The position numbers and the translations under genes were made by a program. A stretch of 39,546 bases of DNA from contig DAOLDN010000002.1 of NCBI GenBank assembly GCA_035327385.1, positions 1 to 39,546 of the forward strand, written 5' to 3'. Each line of letters begins with the position of its first letter. Position 1 is the stretch's first letter. The notes beneath the pieces were generated by a model. It was not told where the DNA came from, ran no database searches, and worked only from the letters and a program-made list of their open reading frames with translations. This DNA is from Verrucomicrobiota bacterium (GTDB lineage: Bacteria; Verrucomicrobiota; Verrucomicrobiia; Limisphaerales; JADLHS01). Below, one piece after another: positions 26,291 to 34,322 of the stretch.

Positions 26291-27019
26291 ATGATCGAAC
26301 TGGACCAACTCGTGAAAAAATTCGGCGGCCTGGTCGCCGTCAACAACATCACCCTGCGCGTTGAACCTGGTGAATTCTTCGCCGTTCTGGGTCCCAACGC
26401 CGCCGGCAAAACCACCACCATCAAGATTCTCGCCGGCCTCATGAAACCCACGTCCGGCACGGCGGCCATCTGCGGTTTCGACGTCCAAATGGCCCCGCTG
26501 GAGGCGCGGCGGCGGCTCGCCTACGTTCCCGATTTCCCGTTTCTCTACGACAAACTTACGCCGTGGGAATTCTTCCGTTTCACAGGCCAGTTGTTCCGCA
26601 TGGACATGGCAGCCATCACTGCCAACGCCCGCGCTCTCATTGGACAATTCAACCTGGAGGAATACGTCCACAAATCCATCGAGGGTCTTTCCCACGGAAC
26701 GCGCCAGCGCGTGGCCATCTGTTCGGCGCTGTTGCACAACCCGGAGGTGTTCGTGATTGACGAGCCCATGGTCGGACTGGACCCGCAGCATGCCCGCGTG
26801 CTCAAGGACATCCTCAAGGACCGTTCCCGCAGCGGCATGACGGTGTTCGTCTCGACACACCAGCTCAGTGTGGCCGAGGAGCTGGCTGACCGCATCGGCA
26901 TCATCCATCAAGGCAAACTCATCGCCGTGGGAACCAAGGAGCAACTGCGCCGTCAAAGCGGCTCGTCCGGCGCGCTGGAGGAGGTGTTCCTCGCGTTGAC
27001 GGCGGAATCAGGAGGCTGA
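26291..27019 (+). CDS. ABC transporter ATP-binding protein (ABC-2-type exporter-like)
   Basis: Walker A GPNAAGKTT, signature LSHGTRQRVAI and Walker B VFVIDEP. The start is at the ATG at 26291. Confidence 0.9.
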   Translation: MIELDQLVKKFGGLVAVNNITLRVEPGEFFAVLGPNAAGKTTTIKILAGLMKPTSGTAAICGFDVQMAPLEARRRLAYVPDFPFLYDKLTPWEFFRFTGQLFRMDMAAITANARALIGQFNLEEYVHKSIEGLSHGTRQRVAICSALLHNPEVFVIDEPMVGLDPQHARVLKDILKDRSRSGMTVFVSTHQLSVAEELADRIGIIHQGKLIAVGTKEQLRRQSGSSGALEEVFLALTAESGG

Positions 27020-27031
27020 AACGCTCGCGGC

Positions 27032-27721
27032 TCAGATCTGAAAATCCGATCTGTCGCCGAACCGGATTCGGAACACCCCCCGTTCGCTGCACGTTTGCTC
27101 AAAACCGACCTTGATGAGATACGCTCCGAACTCCTTCGTGCGCGGAGCAACCACGATTTCCTTCACGCCGCGCTCACGAAAAACATCCGCCTGCTCCACA
27201 AACAAAAAGCGACCGAGCTTCAAGTCTCGATAACCGGGAATGACAAAATCAAGCACCACGCGAAGCACGCCGTCGGGCTGTTGTTCGGCGACGAAAACGC
27301 CGACCGGCGCGCAGTCGCGCAGAATGAACAGTGTCATCTGGTTTTGCGCGGGCCGGTAATTGAACTCCGGCAGAACGCGGGCGATTTCAGATTTATAGAA
27401 ATGCAGAAAGTAACGCAGGTAGTCCGATTCCGGTCGGAGTTTGAGCAGTTGGAAAAACTGTTTCGCGCGCAGCATCTTCACCAAGTGAAACGCGTTCACG
27501 ACCACGATGAGTCCGTTGAGCACGGCGACAGGATACGCGTGAATGAGCAGTCCATAGAGCGCAAAGATGGCGGCACCCGCGAGATTGATGAGCCGCAGTC
27601 GCAGGATGGAACTCATCATCAACGAAACCGCGATGAGTCCGGACGCCACGTAGCCGACCAGTTCGAGAATGAGGCGGTTGTCCATGGGAGAATAATACTC
27701 CAACCCAGGACGGATGTTCAC
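27032..27721 (-). CDS. Hypothetical membrane protein (about 3 TM, YgjV-like N-terminus) fused to a soluble, possibly GNAT-like domain
   Basis: Hydrophobic N-terminal 85 aa followed by an alpha/beta region of about 140 aa. An alternative start is at M13 (27685). Confidence 0.55.
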   Translation of the reverse strand: MNIRPGLEYYSPMDNRLILELVGYVASGLIAVSLMMSSILRLRLINLAGAAIFALYGLLIHAYPVAVLNGLIVVVNAFHLVKMLRAKQFFQLLKLRPESDYLRYFLHFYKSEIARVLPEFNYRPAQNQMTLFILRDCAPVGVFVAEQQPDGVLRVVLDFVIPGYRDLKLGRFLFVEQADVFRERGVKEIVVAPRTKEFGAYLIKVGFEQTCSERGVFRIRFGDRSDFQI

Positions 27722-27780
27722 CGTCTATTGTCCAGGGGTCAACGTGTGATGAACTCGTCGGGTGGGCGGTGTGGTGCGGT

Positions 27781-29427
27781 TCAGTACCAGTTCAAATCCA
27801 GCTTCACGTCCGACCGCGCCCATGCTGCGACGAATTGCCGCTGCACGTCATCGGCCTGCTGCGATTTGCCCTGAGCGCGCAGTGCGGCCTCGAGTCCGAA
27901 CAAGCTCCACGCATGTCGCGGCCACACTTGCAGGTCTTCACGGAAGACCGCTTCCGCCTTCGTTGCATCCCCGGATTGCAACAGCGCAGCGGCCAGTGTT
28001 GGGCGCACCGGCACCGGCCAGAAGGACGGCTCCATGTACGGCAGCGCGGACTCGATAGCCAACGCCTTTTCCAACTGTGCGATCATTTCGTTTGTGTCGC
28101 CCCTGGCACCGGCGACCTTTCCCGCGAGCCAATGCGCTGAAACGGCCAGAGTGTCGGTCACGGGAAAAATCGGCGTGTTCGCTTGCGTTGCTGCTTCGCT
28201 GTTCGCAATCGCACTCAGGGCTTTTCCTTCGCGCTCGGCGGAAGCGGCGTCCTGTTTGCCGGCGAAGGCCAGGCCGCGTGCGAAATGCCACATCGCGCGA
28301 TCAACAATGAAGTCGTTCGTGTTCGCCGGTTGCGGTATGGCGAGCACTTCATCCCACTTGCCAAAACGAATCAGCGTCAACCAGGGCAAATGCCGCAGGC
28401 GCGGCGCTTCATACGCCTTGCTGGGACCGCAATAATTTTCATTCGCGTAACGCGCCGCTTCATTGGCCGTGCGCAATGCGTCCTGGCTGCGGCCTTCAAA
28501 CAACTGTGCCCACCACAGGAAGTGGATGTTGTGGGGATAGTAAACGCCGGGATAAAAACCCTGAGCGCGACAACTGCGGATGTAATCCTTGTCCGCCTTG
28601 ATCGCGAGTTCGTTCGCGACGATCGCATCGTGATATTGGCCGACGCGCATGTAGATGTGCGCGGGCATGTGAACGAGATGACCCGCCGCCGGCGCGTAAC
28701 GCAACAGCCGGTTGGCGGCCTCCAATCCTTGTCCGGGATTCGGCCCGGCCTCCACCGCGTGGATGTAAAAATGATTCGCGCCGGGATGATTCGGGTTGCG
28801 CGACAACACAAACCGCAACGCAGCGAGGATTTCTTCTGTCTCCGGCTTGGGAGTGCGGTCGCGAGTCCAGTAATCCCACGGCATCGTGTTCATCAACGCC
28901 TCGGCGAAGATGACCTGTGCGTCGAGGTCGTCCGGGTGTTGCTTCACCAAGTCGCGCATTGCGACGGCAAAGGCCCGATCCAGCGCGCTGCGGTCGTCGG
29001 TGTGTTCAGCCTGATAGCGTTTGGCCAGCGCGGCGATGTAAGCCTGTTCTTTTGGCGTCGCGTGCGATTGATTCGCCAATGCCAGGTTCAGCGCGGCCCA
29101 GGCGTTGGTCGTGTCGCTTGCGTCCATCGGCTTGTTCACGTGTGGGCCGTACGCGTAGGCCACACCCCAATACGCCATTGCGCACGTCGGATCGAAATGC
29201 GCCGCCGAGCGGAACGAGCGGATGGCTTCCTTGTGATTGAAACCAAACATCAGACGCACGCCTTGGTCAAAATAACGCTGTGCCTGTTTCGATTGGGTGG
29301 TGACGGGATGATGTAAATCGCCGAGGCCATCAAACAACGGCCCGGGCAGTGTTTCAGTAGTGGCGGGTGACGGCATCGCGACGAGCAATAGCGCCACCAC
29401 GGAAGGGATTAAAAGAGTTCTTTTCAT
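27781..29427 (-). CDS. Secreted TPR-like repeat protein
   Basis: The start is trimmed to MKRTLLIPSVVALLLVAMPSPA (a signal peptide). Helical-repeat sequence runs throughout (AIRSFRSAAHFDP...AMAYWGVAYAY...HPGANHFYIHAVE). Confidence 0.7.
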   Translation of the reverse strand: MKRTLLIPSVVALLLVAMPSPATTETLPGPLFDGLGDLHHPVTTQSKQAQRYFDQGVRLMFGFNHKEAIRSFRSAAHFDPTCAMAYWGVAYAYGPHVNKPMDASDTTNAWAALNLALANQSHATPKEQAYIAALAKRYQAEHTDDRSALDRAFAVAMRDLVKQHPDDLDAQVIFAEALMNTMPWDYWTRDRTPKPETEEILAALRFVLSRNPNHPGANHFYIHAVEAGPNPGQGLEAANRLLRYAPAAGHLVHMPAHIYMRVGQYHDAIVANELAIKADKDYIRSCRAQGFYPGVYYPHNIHFLWWAQLFEGRSQDALRTANEAARYANENYCGPSKAYEAPRLRHLPWLTLIRFGKWDEVLAIPQPANTNDFIVDRAMWHFARGLAFAGKQDAASAEREGKALSAIANSEAATQANTPIFPVTDTLAVSAHWLAGKVAGARGDTNEMIAQLEKALAIESALPYMEPSFWPVPVRPTLAAALLQSGDATKAEAVFREDLQVWPRHAWSLFGLEAALRAQGKSQQADDVQRQFVAAWARSDVKLDLNWY

Positions 29428-29551
29428 GGTTACAGGATTGGGTTTCAAATTGTGTTGTGAGAGCAATCTACTTTTAAGTGCCGGGGGCGCTCCGGTTTGC
29501 GCACGCCATCGGGACAACCAGCGAGAAGCGCAGCTTGAGTTCATTGCTGAT

Positions 29552-30031
29552 TCAAAAATACTGGCAATGGTCCACGGTCTGGACGATTTCGTTGAGAAAC
29601 CAGGCCGAGTCCACAATGCCGTCGGCTTCGGGCAGAAGGTTGGTTTCGTTGACGCCGAACGTTGCGGCGGCGAGACGGCAAACGTAGAGATTCACGTTGC
29701 CGGTGCGTTTGAGCAGCTTGAGAAAATCGTGGATTTCCACCGGATCGCCGGCGTCGGCCAGTTGCTGGCGCAACCACGCTTCTTCATTCGCGTGACGACC
29801 GTCAATCTTCACATTGCGCACCCCGTCATGCGTCAACACTCGCGCGGCCCACAGCACGAACAAGATGTCCACCTGCACGCCGTTGCCGGCCTGCACGGCG
29901 GCAAACGTCAATGGCGTCAGCAGGCGGTCGTAGGCGTCATCGCGGATTACGATGGCCATTCGGGTCATGGGTTGGGGTTTGGCCAAGGCAGGTTGAACGC
30001 GGTTTGTTGGTGGTTCGAGAAGGGTGTTCAT
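29552..30031 (-). CDS. DsrE/DsrF-like (peroxiredoxin-like) family protein
   Basis: [36 protein letters not shown]...LYVCRLAA resembles the DsrE-like fold family. The start is trimmed to the ATG at 30031, because the track ORF extension runs through the repeat at 30129-30278. Confidence 0.6.
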   Translation of the reverse strand: MNTLLEPPTNRVQPALAKPQPMTRMAIVIRDDAYDRLLTPLTFAAVQAGNGVQVDILFVLWAARVLTHDGVRNVKIDGRHANEEAWLRQQLADAGDPVEIHDFLKLLKRTGNVNLYVCRLAAATFGVNETNLLPEADGIVDSAWFLNEIVQTVDHCQYF

Positions 30032-30128
30032 AGTATGCGTTGAGTTTTGTTGGTTGATTAGCGCGAGGCGCTTCAGGTTCGCGGATTGGTCATTGGTTTG
30101 TTTCGGGCGTATCTCACTTTTCTGAAAT

Positions 30129-30278
30129 GGGGAGCGCACGCGCCTTCGCGTGCGGCTGTTGACTCCCTCGTCAACCGCATCCGGGAGCGCCTCCGCGCCG
30201 GATTCAACGTGCAGCGGCGCGCGTCGTCCCCGGCTGCGAGGCGCTGCCGGGTCGCACGCGAGGGCGCGTGCGCTCCCC
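30129..30278. repeat. 150-bp MITE-like element with 26-nt terminal inverted repeats, an intergenic paralogue of the purB insertion
   Basis: GGGGAGCGCACGCGCCTTCGCGTGCG ... CGCACGCGAGGGCGCGTGCGCTCCCC (25/26 complementary) with an internal GTTGAC-N6-GTCAAC hairpin. Confidence 0.9.
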
Positions 30279-30331
30279 AAAAGCCAAAAGTGCCGCAAAC
30301 CGGGATGTGGCGGGTATTTGTCATTTGCCAA

Positions 30332-31186
30332 TCAATGATCGCTGTTTGTCGTCTTGTTGGAGGCAATCTGATTCTGTTCCATCATCAACGTCTTCACGTC
30401 CGCCAGCACGAGACGAACGTCGAGCGTGCCGGAGCTGTAGATGTTTCGGATGTTGCCATCGCGGTCCACGAGGAACACGCGCAACGTGTGGTTCAGCGGC
30501 CCGGTCGGATCGGTGGGATTTGATTTGCGGTCAACGGCCTGGCCGTAGGCTTCGAGGATGGGCGACAATTTTTCCTGCGACGCGGTGGTGATGAATCTCC
30601 ATTCGGACGCGTTCTTGCGGCCCTGCGCCAGCGTCGAATAGGCGGCCATGCGTTCCGGCGTGTCGTTGCCGGGATCAAAACTCATGCTCACAAGCCGCAT
30701 GTTGGTGGCGAGCGATGAATCCTGCGCGCTGAGAATGTGCAAATCCCGCAACACGCCCGTGGCCATCGGACACGCCTTCGCCGCCGCGCATCGCGTGTAG
30801 ATGAAACTCATCACGGTGATGCGTCCATGTGTGAGTTCGCTCAATTTCAATTCGCGGCCTGTTGAATCGAGCACGTCGCCGTCCGCCGCCGGTTTCACGA
30901 CGGGCAACGTGTAAGTGCCGGGCGCGGGCGCGTCGTAATCGTGATCTGAAGTGCGGTCGCTGTCTGCGGCGAAGGCGGAAACCCCCGCGACTACAAGAGC
31001 CATCAGCAGCAGTGCAGCCCGGACTTTTGGACTGCGCCGGCAGAGCGCAGCGACGACGGCGCTTTCATCTGGCCCAAAAGATGTCCGTTCGGAGCAAAAG
31101 CGGTGTCGCGCTCCGCTTGCCACCGCAGTCCATAACGTCACCGGATTCGCAGTGCGTTTGCAGATGGATTGAATCTCAATGTTCAT
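30332..31186 (-). CDS. SCO1/SenC-family copper chaperone / thiol-disulfide protein
   Basis: Thioredoxin-fold SCO motifs: VMSFIYTRCAAAKACP (an atypical Cys spacing), SFDPGNDTPERM and LNHTLRVFLVDRDGNIR. The start is ambiguous (31186 or M62 at 31003), because codons 15-54 are a translated palindromic repeat. Confidence 0.8.
   Translation of the reverse strand: MNIEIQSICKRTANPVTLWTAVASGARHRFCSERTSFGPDESAVVAALCRRSPKVRAALLLMALVVAGVSAFAADSDRTSDHDYDAPAPGTYTLPVVKPAADGDVLDSTGRELKLSELTHGRITVMSFIYTRCAAAKACPMATGVLRDLHILSAQDSSLATNMRLVSMSFDPGNDTPERMAAYSTLAQGRKNASEWRFITTASQEKLSPILEAYGQAVDRKSNPTDPTGPLNHTLRVFLVDRDGNIRNIYSSGTLDVRLVLADVKTLMMEQNQIASNKTTNSDH
31025..31135. repeat. Palindromic element of about 110 bp with roughly 40-nt arms
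   Basis: The reverse complement of arm A (31025-31064) reads AAAGCGCCGTCGTCGCTGCGCTCTGCCGGCGCAGTCCAAAA. Arm B (31097-31135) reads AAAGCGGTGTCGCGCTCCGCTTGCCACCGCAGTCCATAA. One minus-strand frame reads CGGKRSATPL. Confidence 0.8.
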
Positions 31187-31213
31187 GGTCTTTGTGATTT
31201 GAGTTTGTGCCGG

Positions 31214-32665
31214 TTACTTCGCGGCCATTGTGCCATTGCCTATTTTGGTCGAACCGAACAGCATGTGATGCGGACGGCCCAGTTTGAGCGCGGTGAAATC
31301 GAGTTCAAACGTCGGCGTCAGTTCCTTGCCGTTCCAATTGTAGGCGCGCACGAATTGTTCGTTGTCCTCGCCCAGCTTGTCCCATTTAGCGAGAAGCGAG
31401 CTGCTGAAGTAGAGACGCTTCCCATCCCAGCTTTGCGACACCATGTTGAGTTGGCGGCCAATTTGTTTCTCGTAAATCTGCTTCGGCTGATGCGGATTGG
31501 ACACGTCGAAGACGCGCACCATGCCATCGCCGAAACAATCCACGAACAACAGCTTGTCGTCGGCGCTGATGCTCATGTCCACGGGGATCACGCCGCCTTC
31601 GCCGCCGATGGTCGCCACTTCCTTGGCCTGCCACTCTCCGGATTTGTCCTCGTAACAAAGCCACAACTTCGACGTGAGCGCGGTGGCGGTGAAGGCGTAA
31701 TTGCGCTTCTCGCCCCAGGCCCAGCGGATTTCCAGCGGTGCGCCGGGAACGTGAAACGCCTTCTTCGGCTGACGCGTGTGGAAATTCCACAGGACCATCG
31801 AATTGCCGAATTGCTTCATCGCGTCGGCGTCCTGAACCAGTTCGCCGAAGTTGCGGGTGTAATTCTTCCAGCCGGTGAATGACGTGGTGAGCATCACGTT
31901 TTTGCGCGGCAACACGCGGGCGTCGTAGCCGTAGCCGTCGGCGAATTCCGCACCCACGAGGCCGGGCGTGTCTTTCGTCGGCAGCCAGTGCGTGGCGATG
32001 TAATCGCCGTCGTTGCTGAACTCCACCAGAGCGGTGCGGCCGCCGTGATCTTTTGAATTCGACAGGCACGGGATCAACACGCGCCCCGGCAACGCATACA
32101 CTCCGTGCGGACCGACCGCGCCGCCGGTGATTTTCTCGAAGTTCTCAATCGTCTTGATGTGGCGCGGCTTCGCGGGGTTTGTGTAAACGTCGTAGATGAA
32201 AATCTTGCTGCTCTCCAGCCCCGACAACCAGAGCTGGCGGCGGTCGTCGGTGAATCCGCCGTGATGCGCCTCGTGGCGGCCATCAAGCGAATGACTGTGA
32301 ATGACCTTGCCGTAGGTTGGAGAGCCGGGTTTGACGTCAATCGTCACCAATTTGTCCGCGCCGTCGCCGAGGCCTTCAACGCCCAGCGTCCAGACGTAAA
32401 CGAATTCCTCCTGACCTTCGATGCGGGCCATGTAAGGCGAGGAACAGGTTTCATCCGCCCGCAATGGCAGGGCGCACGTCAGAACGGCGAGCGCTGCCAG
32501 GGCGAAGAAAAATGCGGCGGGCCGTTCACGACGTTTCAGGGGTTGGAACGACGACCTGCCGGCGATGCCGGGCGTTCTCTTGCCGTGGTTGCTGAAGCGG
32601 GCTGAAGCCCGGGATCCTGTGGCGCGGGGCGTTCGCTGCCATGAGTTCGATGTGGTTTGTTTCAT
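31214..32665 (-). CDS. Selenium-binding protein 56 family protein (methanethiol oxidase-like)
   Basis: Collinear matches to SELENBP1 as I recall it: LVTIDVKPGSPTYGKVIH, EAHHGGF, SKIFIYDV, PRKNVMLTT, PLEIRW, DDKLLFVDCFGDGMVRVFDVSNP and DGKRLYFSSSLLAKWDK. The start is trimmed to the ATG at 32665. The N-terminus includes the hydrophobic stretch RRERPAAFFFALAALAVL. Confidence 0.9.
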   Translation of the reverse strand: MKQTTSNSWQRTPRATGSRASARFSNHGKRTPGIAGRSSFQPLKRRERPAAFFFALAALAVLTCALPLRADETCSSPYMARIEGQEEFVYVWTLGVEGLGDGADKLVTIDVKPGSPTYGKVIHSHSLDGRHEAHHGGFTDDRRQLWLSGLESSKIFIYDVYTNPAKPRHIKTIENFEKITGGAVGPHGVYALPGRVLIPCLSNSKDHGGRTALVEFSNDGDYIATHWLPTKDTPGLVGAEFADGYGYDARVLPRKNVMLTTSFTGWKNYTRNFGELVQDADAMKQFGNSMVLWNFHTRQPKKAFHVPGAPLEIRWAWGEKRNYAFTATALTSKLWLCYEDKSGEWQAKEVATIGGEGGVIPVDMSISADDKLLFVDCFGDGMVRVFDVSNPHQPKQIYEKQIGRQLNMVSQSWDGKRLYFSSSLLAKWDKLGEDNEQFVRAYNWNGKELTPTFELDFTALKLGRPHHMLFGSTKIGNGTMAAK

Positions 32666-32756
32666 ACGTTCAAATGCGTTGAGAGTTGGTTTGAGATGGT
32701 GACGATAATGGCAGTCTGGCGTTTCGCTGGAAATGGACCGAAAGACCCAGCGCGCC

Positions 32757-33029
32757 TCACTCGGCGGTGACGGGATCAATGACGGTCCTGACCTCACGGA
32801 TGGCGTCCGCCGGGAAGCCGCCGCGCAAGGCGTGTTCGCGGATCAATTCCGCGCCGGGTGCGATATAGACGCAGAACAATTTGTCGTCGGTGACATAGCT
32901 CTGCTGCCATTGGATTTGCGGGCCGAGACTCTGGAGCACGCGACAGGATTTGGCGGAGACGGCGTTCAATTCCGTGGGGCTCATCTTCCCCGCGTTGGGG
33001 ATGTTTCGTTCGATGACAAACTTGGGCAT
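32757..33029 (-). CDS. DUF4242-like small protein
   Basis: MPKFVIERNIPNAGKMSPTEL...KLFCVYIAP matches my recollection of DUF4242. The start is trimmed to the ATG at 33029. Confidence 0.65.
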   Translation of the reverse strand: MPKFVIERNIPNAGKMSPTELNAVSAKSCRVLQSLGPQIQWQQSYVTDDKLFCVYIAPGAELIREHALRGGFPADAIREVRTVIDPVTAE

Positions 33030-33596
33030 AAGGGACTCGCTTTCTTTGGTTGTTGGTTGTTTCGCTCGCCGGCAACCCGCCGCGCGCTGACGCCCATCCC
33101 ATCGCGAATCACGTGCCATCCTTCCCAAACGGAACAAACCCCGGATTTGCAGGGGTTTTTGAAAACTATTGCGTTGACGACCGCTCGCGAGAAATCGCCA
33201 ATCACGAAATCTCGCGACGCGTACTCGCGAAAAATCGCAACCTGCCAGCCCGCATCAAAGCCAACCACGAATGCACGCGAATGAACTCGAATGGAATCGC
33301 CGCAAAAAAGCGCAAAGCGCGCAAAAAATTAAAACTGCGGATGCACGCAGAGGAACGCATATTCAAAGGGCTGCAAGCCCGCCAGATGACAGCCCGGAGA
33401 GAAGGTTAAATGCCCGCGAGTGCCGAGCAAGCGGGCACAAGCGAGTCAACGTGGCAAAGCCGGACGAGGATGGTCAGGAAACGATCAAACTACTTCCGCC
33501 CGGCCCGGGATTCGGTTCACACCCGCCGTCGGTGTAAATCTGAACGTGCGACGGAGTGATCGAGGTTGAAATGTTGCCCATGTCACTTTGCAAAAG

Positions 33597-34319
33597 CTAT
33601 CCGCACTTCAACCAGAGATGCCTGATCGTTATGTCTGGGGCGGGCAAATCGTTCTCGACGTATTTGAACTTGCGTTTGTGCTTGCTGATATGAACGGCTT
33701 CATTGATTGCGCCTGCTTTTGAGCGTAAGCACGGTTGCACGGTGCCGATTGTGGGAATCTGTTTGGTTCGCGTCGCCAATGCATCCGTCAATTTCGGCAG
33801 AATTGTATAGCCGCTGCTTGCATAGCCAACCATCACTGCGGTGGTCATTGTCCACGCATAGTCACCGCGAATGAATCGAATGATACCTTTGTCGCAATAG
33901 TGAGCGCCAACGGTGTGCGTGGCATCCACTGGTTTGCATTCGATGAAGATGCCATGCTGTGAGTACAAAGCGCCGGCAGGCCGATCCGCGAATTGCACGA
34001 ATAGATCAGGCATTTTGTCGGGGTGCGTTCCGTCAAAATTTCGAATCTTTGGTTCTCGGCCCACCGAAGCCAAAACCTCTGCGTCAAAACCGGGAATTAC
34101 GCCCTTGTCAAAAACCTCATCGTAAAGTCTCTCATGAAGTTCGAGTGTGATGGCGTCTTCGTCGCAAGCGGCGAGGTTGAAAGTTCCGCGTGGCTTTTCG
34201 CGCATAAGTCGCCAGGCCTCACACAATGCCAACTCGATTACGAGCAATGACCTCAAGGAAATTGGCGGGTTTGGCAACTGGATGCCAGCCCCTATTTCCT
34301 TGAAGAGGTTCAAACTCAT
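33597..34319 (-). CDS. PD-(D/E)xK-type nuclease-like protein (putative restriction endonuclease subunit)
   Basis: MPDLFVQF...(22 aa)...GIFIECKP fits the PD...ExK catalytic motif and its spacing. Its ATG lies 3 nt after the stop of the upstream methyltransferase gene. No specific family recognised. Confidence 0.65.
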   Translation of the reverse strand: MSLNLFKEIGAGIQLPNPPISLRSLLVIELALCEAWRLMREKPRGTFNLAACDEDAITLELHERLYDEVFDKGVIPGFDAEVLASVGREPKIRNFDGTHPDKMPDLFVQFADRPAGALYSQHGIFIECKPVDATHTVGAHYCDKGIIRFIRGDYAWTMTTAVMVGYASSGYTILPKLTDALATRTKQIPTIGTVQPCLRSKAGAINEAVHISKHKRKFKYVENDLPAPDITIRHLWLKCG

Positions 34320-34322
34320 GGG

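Noticed and set aside
30032-30331. The N-terminal 100-codon extension of the DsrE-like ORF.
   Set aside because: It is simply a translation through the 150-bp TIR repeat at 30129-30278. The internal ATG at 30031 gives a normal-length protein.
32666-32797. The longer start for the SBP56 gene (track ORF from 32797).
   Set aside because: The extension would overlap the 3' end of the DUF4242-like gene and adds non-signal-like sequence. The ATG at 32665 leaves a basic N-region followed by the hydrophobic stretch FFFALAALAVL, which fits an export signal.
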